A DNA stretch of 64,000 nucleotides from a bacterium (GTDB taxonomy: Bacteria > UBA8248), in assembly GCA_965219955.1 (NCBI GenBank), contig OZ244799.1, positions 1,792,001 to 1,856,000 on the forward strand, in the 5' to 3' direction. The notes beneath the pieces were generated by a model, which was not told where the DNA came from, searched no databases, and worked only from the letters and a program-made list of their open reading frames with translations. The position numbers and the translations under genes are program-made. Positions 19,603-29,870 of the stretch are shown here, piece by piece (within the stretch, counting starts at the first letter, position 1; each line of letters opens with the position of its first letter).

Positions 19603-20232
19603 ATGAGCAAAACCCCTCCCGCTCTCAGGCGCATCCAGCACGTGGGCCTCAAGGTCCACGATCTGGACGAGGCGGTGGCCTTCTACCGCGACGTCATGGG
19701 GCTCAGGGTCTCGGACCGCTACGAGCCGGGCGACAACCCCCACAGTCCGTGGGGCATATGCTTCATGCGCTGCGGCGAGGGCCATCACGAGGTATCCCTC
19801 ATCGCCTATCCGAAGGAAGCCGGCCTGGCGCCCAAGGAGGGCGGTATGCGAAAACCCGAAGTCGGCCTCCACCACGTGGCCTTCGAGGTCGGCTCGAAGG
19901 AAGAACTCGAAGCCTGGGCTGCGCACATCCGCTCGCATGGAATCAAGATCGCTGCGGGGCCGCTCGTCCACAGCCCCACGCACCCCGAGGGCGACGGCAC
20001 GCTGGGCGAGAACCGCGCCTTTTATTTTCACGACCCGTGCGGAAACGGCATCGAGATTTTCTGCGACCTGGCCAGAATGGACGCGGAAACCAACCGCATA
20101 AACGAGGCGTGGTTCCGCGACAGGCTCGAGCGAGACGGTTTCTCGCGAGACGACGCCGACCCGCCCCCCGCCTGGCGGCCCGGCACATCGAGCATGGCGG
20201 ACGCGAAAGAGAAATTCGGCCAGCCATCATGA
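19603..20232 (+). CDS. VOC/glyoxalase (extradiol dioxygenase-like) protein
   Basis: IQHVGLKV, LHHVAFEV, FYFHDPCGNGIE. Confidence 0.85.
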   Translation: MSKTPPALRRIQHVGLKVHDLDEAVAFYRDVMGLRVSDRYEPGDNPHSPWGICFMRCGEGHHEVSLIAYPKEAGLAPKEGGMRKPEVGLHHVAFEVGSKEELEAWAAHIRSHGIKIAAGPLVHSPTHPEGDGTLGENRAFYFHDPCGNGIEIFCDLARMDAETNRINEAWFRDRLERDGFSRDDADPPPAWRPGTSSMADAKEKFGQPS

Positions 20233-20348
20233 TGACGGGGTTGTTGAAATAGCCCGGATTTCACGATTCGGCAAATGTAATCAACCGGGGAGGAAGGAGA
20301 CAACACTCCCCTTGAGGGGCTGTTGAAAAAGTCCGAGAAGAGAGGAAT

Positions 20349-20510
20349 CACTCCCCCCTTGAGGGGGAGTCGAGGAAGCCGAGCGGTTTGTGCGAAGGCT
20401 GACTCGGTGGGGGGTAAAATGCGTTTTCTTGCCATCCGAATTATCCCCCCCACCGATTCGCTTGCGGGCTTGCGCCCTTAGCTCATCGACTCCCCCTCAA
20501 GGGGGGAGTG
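20349..20510 (+). mobile_element. 162-bp MITE-like element, nested in a TIR pair at 20315-20596
   Basis: cactccccccttgagggggagtcg..cgactccccctcaaggggggagtg; homologues at 35778, 38314 and 51288. Confidence 0.8.
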
Positions 20511-20725
20511 ATTGATTGGCGCTCTGCAAGGGGGGGAGTGAACTTCAAAAGCGTGCGCCAACCAAAATCGCTCCGCGTGACTTTTCAATGTCCCCCTCAG
20601 GGGGCGTAAAAACCCCAAGGGAGAGCCATTTCATAAACGAATGTCGATTGATAAATCCATTCTAGGCTTGAGGTTTTTTTTCAACATTCCCGTGACGCAC
20701 CGACACAATGGAGGAAACCATCAAA

Positions 20726-21682
20726 ATGACACACCGCGTCTTGAGCGTGGATGAGCGCACCAGAACGCAGCCCGCGCGCCGGGCCTTCATGGAGGAGTAC
20801 CTGCACGAGGGCTATGAATTCGTAGAGCCGGAATCCTTCGACGACGCGAGCCTGCTCGAGGCGGCCGAGAGCGCGTGCGCGCTCACCACCGGGTTCGCGC
20901 CCATCACCCGGGAGATGATGGAGGCGGGGCCAGATATCAAGGTGGTCGGCAAGGTGGGCACCGGCGTGGACAACATCGACACGCAGGCGGCCACCGAACT
21001 CGGCATCCCCGTCGCCAACGCCCCCGGCTGGATGCGCTGCATTCCCGTGGCGGAACACGCGATGGCGCTCACCCTCATCATGGCGCGCAGGCCCTGGCTT
21101 TGGCCTGTCGGGGAGCGCAAACTCCACTTCCAGCTTCAAGGGGCGACGCTCGGGATCGTGGGTCTCGGGAACATCGGGGGGGCGCTGGCGAAGCGCGCCG
21201 CCGCCTTCGAGATGAATATCTGCGCCTACACGCGCACGCGGGGGAAGTTCAAACCCCAAGGCTTCGAGGTGGAAGAGGTGGAGACGCTCCACGACCTCCT
21301 TCCGCGCGTCGATTTCCTGGCGCTCACCCTGCCCCTGACGCCCGAGAACACGGGCATGATCGGCGAAAGAGAACTCGACCTGATGAAGGAGACGGCCAGC
21401 CTCGTCAACGTCTCGCGCGGCCCCCACGTGGATACCGACGCGCTCGCGCACGCCATCCGGGAGGGGAAAATCGCGGGCGCAGGGCTGGACGTGGTCGAGC
21501 CGGACCCATTGCCCGAAGACCATCCCTTGCACAAATTCCCCAACGTCGTCATGTCGCCCCACAACGCCGCCCAGACCGAAAGCGTTCAGCGTGAGAGCTA
21601 CAGGCTTTTGTGCGATAATATCAAGCGGGCGGTGGAGGGCGAGAAGGTCACCTCGCTCGCCAATCCCGAAATCTACGAGTAA
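20726..21682 (+). CDS. D-2-hydroxyacid dehydrogenase family protein
   Basis: GTGVDNID, GIVGLGNIG, LVNVSRG, GLDVVEPDP, SPHNA. Confidence 0.9.
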   Translation: MTHRVLSVDERTRTQPARRAFMEEYLHEGYEFVEPESFDDASLLEAAESACALTTGFAPITREMMEAGPDIKVVGKVGTGVDNIDTQAATELGIPVANAPGWMRCIPVAEHAMALTLIMARRPWLWPVGERKLHFQLQGATLGIVGLGNIGGALAKRAAAFEMNICAYTRTRGKFKPQGFEVEEVETLHDLLPRVDFLALTLPLTPENTGMIGERELDLMKETASLVNVSRGPHVDTDALAHAIREGKIAGAGLDVVEPDPLPEDHPLHKFPNVVMSPHNAAQTESVQRESYRLLCDNIKRAVEGEKVTSLANPEIYE

Positions 21683-21706
21683 AACGCGCCGCTAAGGAGA
21701 GTCGTC

Positions 21707-22843
21707 ATGGAAGATACACCGGTTCGGGGCCTCGAGGGCGTCATTGCGGCCGACACGCGGATATGCTCGCTCGACGGCGTGAACGGGATTCTGGGGTATT
21801 ACGGCTACGACGTGCCCGAGATGGTGCGCAAGAAGGTCTCCTTCGAGGAGATCGTCTATCTCCTGTGGCACGGTGAGTTGCCCACCCGCGAGCGCTTGAA
21901 GGAATTCGACGGGGCCATGAAGGCCGAGCGCGCTCTCTCGCCCGGATTGCTGCGGGCCTTGAGGCAGATACCCACAGGCGAGCAGAGAACGGCGGCGCTC
22001 AGAGGCGGCGTGGGGATTCTGGGGTTGTTCGACGAAGAGGCGGAAGACGACTCCGTGGACGCGAACCGCAGAAAGGCGCTCCGCCTCACCGCGAAAATGC
22101 CCACCATCGTCGCGGCGCAGCACCGCCTCGCGGCGGGCCTGAAACCCTTGAACCCCCGCCGGGGACTCGGGCACGCGGCGAATTTCCTCTACATGATCAC
22201 CGGCGAGGCGCCTGACAAGCTCGACGCCCGCGCGCTCGACGCCACCCTCGTCCTCTATGCCGAGCACGAGTTCAATGCGTCCACCTTCGCGACGCGCGTC
22301 GTCACCTCCACCATGTCGGACATCTACTCCGCCGTCACGGCGGGCATCAGCGCCCTGAAAGGCCCCCTGCACGGGGGCGCGGGCCTCGCGGTGATGGAAA
22401 CCTTGAGGGAGATCGGCGATATCGAGAACGTGGAGCCCTTCGTCGAGGCGGCGCTCGCGAGGAAACGCCTGTTCATGGGCTTCGGCCACCGGGTCTACAC
22501 GAAGAGCGGCGACCCGCGCGCGAGCGTGCTCATCGAGTTGGCCGAGGAGGTATGCCACCAGCCCGGCCGCGACGCCAGGTGGTTCGACATGGCGCGCGCG
22601 CTCGACCACGCGGTGCAGAGCCGAAAGGGCGTCATCCCGAACGTGGACTTCTACTCCGCGCCGCTGTGGCAGGGGCTTGGGATCCCCATGGAGCTGTTCG
22701 TCCCCATCATCGCGATGTCGCGGGTCGCGGGCTGGACGGCCAACATCCTGGAGCAACAGGCCGACAACCGCCTCATCCGCCCCCGGGCGCGCTACACCGG
22801 CCCCGAAAAGCGGCCTTACAGGACCATGAGAAGCCGTGGCTGA
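21707..22843 (+). CDS. Citrate/2-methylcitrate synthase
   Basis: GLEGV, EHEFNASTF, GPLHGGA, GFGHRVY, PNVDFY. Confidence 0.92.
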   Translation: MEDTPVRGLEGVIAADTRICSLDGVNGILGYYGYDVPEMVRKKVSFEEIVYLLWHGELPTRERLKEFDGAMKAERALSPGLLRALRQIPTGEQRTAALRGGVGILGLFDEEAEDDSVDANRRKALRLTAKMPTIVAAQHRLAAGLKPLNPRRGLGHAANFLYMITGEAPDKLDARALDATLVLYAEHEFNASTFATRVVTSTMSDIYSAVTAGISALKGPLHGGAGLAVMETLREIGDIENVEPFVEAALARKRLFMGFGHRVYTKSGDPRASVLIELAEEVCHQPGRDARWFDMARALDHAVQSRKGVIPNVDFYSAPLWQGLGIPMELFVPIIAMSRVAGWTANILEQQADNRLIRPRARYTGPEKRPYRTMRSRG

Positions 22844-24818
22844 TCCCGGAACGCGTAGCCTCACGCAGAAGCTCATCGACGCGCACCTCGTCTCGGGCGC
22901 TGCGAGAACGCCGGGCGAGGAGGTCGAGATACGAATCGACCAGGTGCTCTTGCAGGACGCATCCGGCCCCACCGCCCTGCTCCACTTCGAGGCCATGGGC
23001 TTAGCCCAAGTGAAGCAGAAAACGGCCGTCATGTACGGCGACCACCAGACGATTCAAGTCAACAGCCTCCACACCGACGCCCACCGCTTCATGCTCGGCT
23101 TCTGCCGCAAGCACGGCATCCATTTCTCGAAACCGGGAAACGGCATCTGCCACAACGTGCATCTCGAGGAATTCTCCGTACCGGGCGAGAGCCTCCTGGG
23201 CACGGATTCCCACACCCCCCAGGGGGGCGCGGTGGGAATGCTCGCCATCGGCGCGGGCGGCATGGACGTGGCGACCGCCATGGCGACGGGCGCGACCATC
23301 ATCCCGCGTCCGGCCATCGTCGAGGTGCGGCTCACCGGGAAGCTGGGCGCCTGGGCCACGGCGAAAGACGTGATCCTGGAGCTCCTGCGCCGCCTCGGCG
23401 CGCGCGGGGGAATCGGCAAGTATTTCGAATACACGGGCCCCGGCCTCCGGACGCTCACGGTGCCGGAGCGCTTCACGGTCGCGAGCATGGGCACCGAGCT
23501 CGGCCTCACGGGCAGCATCTTCCCGAGCGACGCGCAGACCAGGACGTTCTACGAGCGCATCGGCCGCGCGGCCGACTGGAAGCCGCAGGAAGCGGAGGCG
23601 GATGCCGAGTATGACGAGAGAATCGAACTCAATCTATCCGACGTCCAGCCCCTGGTCGCCCTGCCCTCGAACCCCGAGAACGTCGTTCCCGTCTCTGAAG
23701 CCGCCGGCACGCCGGTCCACCAGGTCATCATCGGAAGCTGCACGAACGGCACGTTCACCGACGTGGCCTCTTTCGCGCAGGTGCTGAGAGGCCGCAAGGT
23801 GGCCGACGGCGTCGACGCGATCGTCTTTCCGGGCAGCAGGCAGGCGTTCGAGGAACTCGCGAGAGAAGGGCACCTGGCCGACCTGCTCGCCGCGGGCGTC
23901 TGCGTATCGGAATCCACCTGCGGCTCCTGCCCCGGCTACGCCCACATCCCCGCGCCCGGCATGAACTCCCTGCGCGCGTTCAACCGCAACTTCAAGGGCC
24001 GCTCGGGGCTGAGCGAGGACGCCGTCTATCTCGCGAGTCCCGAACTCGCCGCCGTGGCGGCGCTCCACGGCGAGATACGAGACCCGAGGGACGAGGGCAA
24101 GGCGCCCGAGATCCTGCTCCCCTACCGCTTCGCGAGCGACAGGACGGGAATCGTCGCCCCCTCCGACGATCCGGAGGAGGTGGAAATCATCCGGGGGCCG
24201 AACATCCAGCCCGTACAGGTGGGCGAGGCTTTGGGGGATTCCTGCACGGGGGAGGTGCTCATCAAGCTGGGCGACAACGTCTCGACCGACCACATCAGCC
24301 CGGCGGGCGTCGAGGCCATCACCTACCGAACGAACATGCCCGCACTCGCCGATTTCACCTTCAGGCGCGTGGACGAGAGCTTCGCCTCGCGCGCGCGGGA
24401 GGCGGGCGGGGGAATCATCGTCGGGGCGAAGACGTACGGGCAGGGCTCCGCGCGCGAGCAGGCGGCGATTTGCCCGATGATACTCGGCGTGCGCGCCGTC
24501 ATCGCCAAGAGCTTCGCGAGAATCCACCGGGCGAACCTCATCAACTGGGGCATTCTGCCCCTCGCGTTCTCTGATGAGGACGATTACGAGAAGATAGACG
24601 CCGGCCAGAAGCTCTCCATCTCCGACATCCAGGATTCCCTCGCCACGGGGGTATTCGAAGTCAAGAACACGGATACGGGCCACACGTTCGGCGCGACGTG
24701 CCCGCTCACCGAACGCGAACGCCGGATGCTCGCCGCAGGCGGCGCGCTGGCGCTGGCGCGCATCGAAGGGGGCGGCGCAGGCGCAACGAACCCCGCCCCG
24801 GCGCAGGACGGCGCTTGA
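22836..24818 (+). CDS. Aconitase-family hydratase (single chain, 660 aa)
   Basis: GNGICH, GTDSHT, IGSCTNG, CGSCPG, FNRNFKGR, STDHISP, YGQGSARE. Confidence 0.92.
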   Translation: MADPGTRSLTQKLIDAHLVSGAARTPGEEVEIRIDQVLLQDASGPTALLHFEAMGLAQVKQKTAVMYGDHQTIQVNSLHTDAHRFMLGFCRKHGIHFSKPGNGICHNVHLEEFSVPGESLLGTDSHTPQGGAVGMLAIGAGGMDVATAMATGATIIPRPAIVEVRLTGKLGAWATAKDVILELLRRLGARGGIGKYFEYTGPGLRTLTVPERFTVASMGTELGLTGSIFPSDAQTRTFYERIGRAADWKPQEAEADAEYDERIELNLSDVQPLVALPSNPENVVPVSEAAGTPVHQVIIGSCTNGTFTDVASFAQVLRGRKVADGVDAIVFPGSRQAFEELAREGHLADLLAAGVCVSESTCGSCPGYAHIPAPGMNSLRAFNRNFKGRSGLSEDAVYLASPELAAVAALHGEIRDPRDEGKAPEILLPYRFASDRTGIVAPSDDPEEVEIIRGPNIQPVQVGEALGDSCTGEVLIKLGDNVSTDHISPAGVEAITYRTNMPALADFTFRRVDESFASRAREAGGGIIVGAKTYGQGSAREQAAICPMILGVRAVIAKSFARIHRANLINWGILPLAFSDEDDYEKIDAGQKLSISDIQDSLATGVFEVKNTDTGHTFGATCPLTERERRMLAAGGALALARIEGGGAGATNPAPAQDGA

Positions 24819-24819
24819 T

Positions 24820-25965
24820 ATGGGCCAAAGGAAATATCCGGCCGTCTTCATGCGCGGGGGCACGAGCCGCGCCATCGTCTTCCACGAGAAAGACCTGCCC
24901 GAAGATCGGGCCGAGCGCGACGCCATATTCCTGAAAGCCCTCGGCAGCCCCGACCCGAACGGACGCCAGCTAGACGGCCTGGGGGGCGGGGTATCGTCTT
25001 TAAGCAAAATCGCGGTCGTGGCCCCTTCCGGGCGCAAGGACGCGGACGTGGATTTCACCTTCGCGCAGGTGGGCGTGACGGACGAAACCGTGGACTACGT
25101 CGGCACCTGCGGGAACATTTCGAGCGCGGTCGGGCCGTTCGCCGTGGACGAGGGTCTCGTGCGGGTGAATGAGGAAACCGCCACCGTGCGCATCTTCAAC
25201 ACGAACACGGGCAAGACCTACCACGCGCGCTTCCCGGTGGTAGAAGGCGCCGCCGGCGTGAACGGAGAGTTCGAGCTGCCCGGCGTCTCGGGCGCGGGCG
25301 CGCAAATCACGCTCGAATTCATGGACCCCGGCGGCGCGGCCACAGGCAAGCTCCTGCCATCGGGCAATGCCGTGGACACCTTCGAGATCGAGGGTGTCGG
25401 CAGCATAGAGGCGAGCATGGTGGACGCCACCAACCCGATGGTCTTCGTCCGCGCCAAAGACTTAGGACTCACCGGAGGAGAAGGCCCCGGCTTAATCGAC
25501 GCCCAAGTCGAGGTGATGGTGAACCTGGAGCAGATCCGCGCCGAGGCGGCGGTGCGCATGGGGCTCGCGCGCGACAGGCGGGAGGCTTCAGAAAGCGTGC
25601 AGGCGGTGCCGAAGGTGGTGCTCGTCGCTCCGCCGCTGGAATATATCGACCTCAAAGGCGAGATTATCGCGGCGGAGGATTGCGACATCGCGGCCCGCAT
25701 CATCTCGATGGGCAAGACCCACCGAGCCTTCGCCCTCACCGGGGCGATGTGCCTCGCCGTCGCCGCGCGGATACCGGGCACCGTGGTTCACGAGGCCGCC
25801 CGGGGCGGTGCGGGCGACATCCGCCTGGGACACCCCTCGGGTGTGCAGACCATAAACGCCGTAGTCGCAGAGACGCCCGGAGGCCCCGTGGCCGAAAAGG
25901 TGATCGTCTACCGCACGGCGAGAAGGCTCATGGAAGGAATGGTCTGCGTGCCAGCGAATCCCTGA
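24820..25965 (+). CDS. prpF: PrpF-family (2-methylaconitate cis-trans) isomerase
   Basis: MRGGTSR, QLDGLGGGVSSLSK, CGNISSAVG, YRTARRLMEG. Confidence 0.88.
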   Translation: MGQRKYPAVFMRGGTSRAIVFHEKDLPEDRAERDAIFLKALGSPDPNGRQLDGLGGGVSSLSKIAVVAPSGRKDADVDFTFAQVGVTDETVDYVGTCGNISSAVGPFAVDEGLVRVNEETATVRIFNTNTGKTYHARFPVVEGAAGVNGEFELPGVSGAGAQITLEFMDPGGAATGKLLPSGNAVDTFEIEGVGSIEASMVDATNPMVFVRAKDLGLTGGEGPGLIDAQVEVMVNLEQIRAEAAVRMGLARDRREASESVQAVPKVVLVAPPLEYIDLKGEIIAAEDCDIAARIISMGKTHRAFALTGAMCLAVAARIPGTVVHEAARGGAGDIRLGHPSGVQTINAVVAETPGGPVAEKVIVYRTARRLMEGMVCVPANP

Positions 25966-26097
25966 AGCGCGCGCAGTTTGTACCTCCCATAGAAAAACCC
26001 TGTTTTCACGGCGATTCAATGCGCTTTCACCCGCGGGGGCGATAAACGAGGGTTTGACCCGACCGATCAGGGAAGGTGCGCCGAACCCGCTTTTGCT

Positions 26098-26408
26098 CGT
26101 CATTCCGGCGAAAGCCGGAATCCATTCGCGGGCGCGGGTGAATACGCGGCGGCGTTTCATTCCCCGCCGATGCGCGCGAACCTGGACGAAAGGCAAAAGG
26201 CGTAAAAATGGATTCCGGCTTTCGCCGGAATGACGGTGAACGTTCGCGATTGGGCGATCGGCGTTCGCCCTCATCCCGAGCAGGCCCTCCGAATCCTCAT
26301 CCTGAGTAGGCGCGCAAGCGTCGTATCGAAGGATGGGGGGGTGCATCTCTCCGGCGAGCGCAGACTTCGCCCTTCGATACGCCGCTTTCGCGGCTACTCA
26401 GGGTGAGG
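26098..26408. repeat. Repeat mosaic (CGTC-type inverted pair plus cctcatcctgagtag family)
   Basis: cgtcattccggcgaaagccggaatcca..tggattccggctttcgccggaatgacg at 26098-26235; second family at 26268-26408. Confidence 0.85.
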
Positions 26409-26477
26409 GAAAAATGTCGGGTGTCGGGAAGGCATCGGGCAGGCGCGAAGGGGAGAGTATGTTCCCGTTTCCTCCCC

Positions 26478-27353
26478 CTACCTCCTCTCCCCCGTCACGA
26501 GCCAGACGCCCGTCGCCGTAAGGGCGGCGCCGACCAGCAGATGCCAGCCCAGTTGCTCGCCGAGGTAGAGGGCGCTGCCCGCCACGCCCACGATGGGCGT
26601 CATGAAGAAGAACACCGATATCTTGGCGGGCGAGTAGCGGAGCAGCAGATGGCCCCAGTAGGCCAGGAGCAGCGCGCTCGCTATCACGCCCATGTAGATG
26701 ACCGCGAAAATCTGCGGGCCGCCGATATGGGTGATCCCGAAATTGGGCTGACCGAAAGAGAGAAGGAAATAGGTCGGCGCGCCGATGAGCATGGACCATC
26801 TGGCGATCGAGGTAACGTCGGATTTGCCTAGATAGCGGCGGTAGTGGATCGTCTGCGTCGCCCAGCCTGCGGCGGCGATGAGGATGTAGAAATCCGCCTG
26901 CATGGAGCCTTCCGCGTCGAGGCTGTTCGAGAAGACGGTGACGGTGCCGGCCATCGCCGTGGCGAAGCCCAGCGCCCGCACGAGGGTGATGCGCTCGCCC
27001 GTGAGAAAGAGGGCGCTCAGCAGCATCACCCAGACGGGCTGCGTGTAGAGCAGCACCGAGGCGCGCGCGGCGGCGGTTCCGAACATCCCCTGGTAGAGGA
27101 ACCAGACGTAGGCGTTGTGCATGCAGGCGTTCAGGATGCGGTGGCCCTTCTCCCGCCAGGGGTCGTGATAGGTCACGCTCTCGGGGATGCGCATCAGGAG
27201 CCTGTAGAGCGTGAGGGTCAGCACCCCCGCGCAGCAGCGCATCCATATGATGGCGTAGGGGGTTACGCCCGCGTAGGCGCCCTTGATGACGGGCTGCGCC
27301 ATGCCCCACACCGTCGTGAGGAGGAGCGAGCCCAGCACCAGTTCGAGCGTCAT
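26478..27353 (-). CDS. DMT/EamA family transporter
   Basis: ASVLLYTQPVWV..LTGER, TPIVGV..YLGEQL. Confidence 0.85.
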   Translation of the reverse strand: MTLELVLGSLLLTTVWGMAQPVIKGAYAGVTPYAIIWMRCCAGVLTLTLYRLLMRIPESVTYHDPWREKGHRILNACMHNAYVWFLYQGMFGTAAARASVLLYTQPVWVMLLSALFLTGERITLVRALGFATAMAGTVTVFSNSLDAEGSMQADFYILIAAAGWATQTIHYRRYLGKSDVTSIARWSMLIGAPTYFLLSFGQPNFGITHIGGPQIFAVIYMGVIASALLLAYWGHLLLRYSPAKISVFFFMTPIVGVAGSALYLGEQLGWHLLVGAALTATGVWLVTGERR

Positions 27354-27394
27354 TCCCGAGTCGGCGGATGGTTTCGGTGAGACCGGGCGGCTGG

Positions 27395-27805
27395 TCAATC
27401 GCTCTCCCCGGACACGCGGGGCCGCTCGCATATCTCGACGCGGATGTTCTCGGGACCCTTGATGAAGGCGATCATCCGCCCGCCCACGCCTGCGGCCACG
27501 GGCGCCATGTCGACCTCCGCCCCGCGCTCCACGAGCCGGGCGACCGACGCCTCCACGTCGTCCACCGCGACGCCGAGATGATCGAGGCCGTGCGTCAGCA
27601 TGGGCGCCACGGCGTCGGGTTCGTCACCCGGGCGGTAGCCCCGGATGCGCAGGTCCCCTTCCCCGAGTTTCAAAATGGAGTAGGCCGCGCCCTTGAAGTC
27701 CTCCTCGTAGGAGAGCAACTCCAGTTCGAAGACGTGCTCGAAAAAATCCGTCATCGCGCGCACGTCGCGCGTGAGGAAGTGCACGTGGTCGTATCGGTAT
27801 TCCAC
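27395..27805 (-). CDS. VOC family protein
   Basis: YDHVHF, GLDHLGVAVDD, FIKGPENIRVE. Confidence 0.85.
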   Translation of the reverse strand: MEYRYDHVHFLTRDVRAMTDFFEHVFELELLSYEEDFKGAAYSILKLGEGDLRIRGYRPGDEPDAVAPMLTHGLDHLGVAVDDVEASVARLVERGAEVDMAPVAAGVGGRMIAFIKGPENIRVEICERPRVSGESD

Positions 27806-27904
27806 AAAAAACTCCTTTCGTGATTGTTCATCTTCACACGCTCATATTACGCTGAACCGAGAATCCCACAGGAAGCGCCGTTTGCACAAACGATTTTCAC
27901 GTTG

Positions 27905-28275
27905 AGGGAGTTGTTGAATAAGGCCGTAAGGGGAGCCTGCAAGTAGACGGTTTGTAGGGACAGGCCTCCGTGCCTGTCCTGACGAAGGACAACCACAGAG
28001 GGCAGGACAGGCACGGAGGCCTGTCCCTACGGTGAACAATTCGATAATCGGGATTCCCTCCCTCCTCGCGGAGGATTTTTTCAACGGCCCCTTGTCAGGG
28101 GGTCAGGGGGGGGTACTCCCTTAACAAAGGGAGTGTAGGGGTCGCATATATGCGACCCTGCTTTTTCCCATTCCAACAATGGGCCGCATATATGCGGCCC
28201 CTACGGGGCGAACCCGTTCAGTGCAAGAAGGTCAAACCCGACTTGGGAGGGCTTTTTCAACAGCCCCTCAGGGGG
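27905..28275. repeat. Repeat mosaic (TIR ends plus two GTAG-REP doublets)
   Basis: Doublet at 27954-28030 matches 15570-15646; doublet at 28135-28204; TIR-like ends near 27905, 28091 and 28267. Confidence 0.8.
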
Positions 28276-28303
28276 CAACAACCCGCATTCAGAAAGGATA
28301 CCC

Positions 28304-29215
28304 ATGCCGAAAACAAAGATCACGGGCGAGGAGCACCGGGCGCATCACGACGGCGCCGACCTGTTCCTGTGGAGGAAGCGAATGGAGGGCGCCGAAAAAG
28401 CGAGGGACGCCGTGCTCCTCGTGCACGGCTCGTCCATGGCCTCGACCCCCACGTTCGACCTCCAGGTGAAGACGCGGCCCGGATACTCCCTGATGGACCA
28501 TCTCGCCGGGCGCGGCTACGACGTCTGGTGCGTCGACTGCGAGGGCTACGGGAGGTCCACCAAGTCGAGGCGGGTCTCCTGCGGTATCGAGCGCGGCGCG
28601 CGGGACGTTCTCGCGGCGGCGAACGTGATCCGGCGGGTCAGCAGAAAGAACGCGGTTCACCTCTACGGCATCTCGTCCGGCGCGCTGCGGGCCGCCCTGT
28701 TCGTGCAGAAAAACCCCCGGCGCGTGAAGCGTCTGATCCTCGACGCCTTCGTCTGGACGGGCGAAAGCAGTCCCACGCTTGCGGAGAGAAGGGAGCGATT
28801 CCGCGGCGTGGCCTCCACGTCGAGAAGGCCCGTGAACGCCAGGTTCATCGAGAGCATCTTCACGCGCGATCATCCCGGCACCGCCTACCGCGACGTCATC
28901 CGTGAATATGCGAAGGCGATCTGCGCGCTCGACGACACGATCCCGAACGGCACCTACATCGACATGTGCGAGCGGCTGCCGCTGGTGAACCCTGAGAAAA
29001 TCACCGCGCCGGTGATGATAGCGCGCGGCGAGTTCGACGGCATCGCCCATCTCGACGATCTGGTGGAATTCTTCCGGCTGCTGCCGAACCCCGACAAGCA
29101 GTTCGTCATGATGCCGGGCATCGCCCACGCGAGCCTGCAGGAGAAGAACCACGGCATCGTCTTCCACCTGATCGAGCGCTTCTTCAGCCAGCCCGCGCCC
29201 GTCTACAAGGGCTGA
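28304..29215 (+). CDS. Alpha/beta hydrolase
   Basis: LLVHGSS, DCEGYGRS, GISSG, RGEFDG, GIAHA. Confidence 0.88.
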   Translation: MPKTKITGEEHRAHHDGADLFLWRKRMEGAEKARDAVLLVHGSSMASTPTFDLQVKTRPGYSLMDHLAGRGYDVWCVDCEGYGRSTKSRRVSCGIERGARDVLAAANVIRRVSRKNAVHLYGISSGALRAALFVQKNPRRVKRLILDAFVWTGESSPTLAERRERFRGVASTSRRPVNARFIESIFTRDHPGTAYRDVIREYAKAICALDDTIPNGTYIDMCERLPLVNPEKITAPVMIARGEFDGIAHLDDLVEFFRLLPNPDKQFVMMPGIAHASLQEKNHGIVFHLIERFFSQPAPVYKG

Positions 29216-29288
29216 AGCCGCCCGGCGGGGGGCGCGCCGGAGGTTCGTCAGGCTTTGCGGATAAGGAGGTTCCGTAGGGGTCGCATAT

Positions 29289-29734
29289 GGGGTTGTTGAA
29301 AAATCCCCTCCTCACTCGGAATTGACCAACGCCGTCATTCCGGCGAAAGCCGGAATCCATTCTCAAGTAGAATGACAATACTCGGGCTTTTCATCTCCTG
29401 GTCATTGGCAGGAAACAATCAGAAAATAAAAACAAAGGCAAAGCAAATGGATTCCGGCTTTCGCCGGAATGACGAACAAAACCGCACCACCTCATCCTGA
29501 GTAGCGGCCCCTCGACTCCGCTCGGGACAGGCTCCGCCGTTGCCCGACACCCCTCATCCTGAGTAGGCGCGCAAGCGCCGTATCGAAGGATGTCCTCTCG
29601 CCCATAGAGAAGCGTTCGCCCTTCGATACAAACACTCCTTTCTCAGTCGCGTTTTACCTTCGGCGGCTACTCAGGGTGAGGAAAGAGGCGTTGGCGGTTT
29701 CGAGGGGACCTATGCGGGATTTTTCAACAACCCC
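29289..29734. mobile_element. 446-bp MITE-like element with perfect 19-bp TIRs enclosing two other repeat families
   Basis: ggggttgttgaaaaatccc/gggatttttcaacaacccc; CGTC pair at 29333-29474; cctcatcctgagtag family at 29490-29681; abuts a truncated GTAG REP at 29274. Confidence 0.8.
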
Positions 29735-29870
29735 CTATATCTCCCCCGCTTGATTCGCGCGGGGCAATGGGGCTAGATTAGGGCCATCGATTCGTACAAA
29801 TGGTAGGGGCGAGAACGTCCTATATCCTAAAGCGAATAAATTCTTATCCCTCAAGCAGAAAGGCGCATCC

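Noticed and set aside
17247-19652. Long antisense or alternate-frame ORFs (also 29844-31631, 33090-35207, 47046-49427 and many others)
   Set aside because: Shadows of well-supported genes in GC-rich DNA; no motifs
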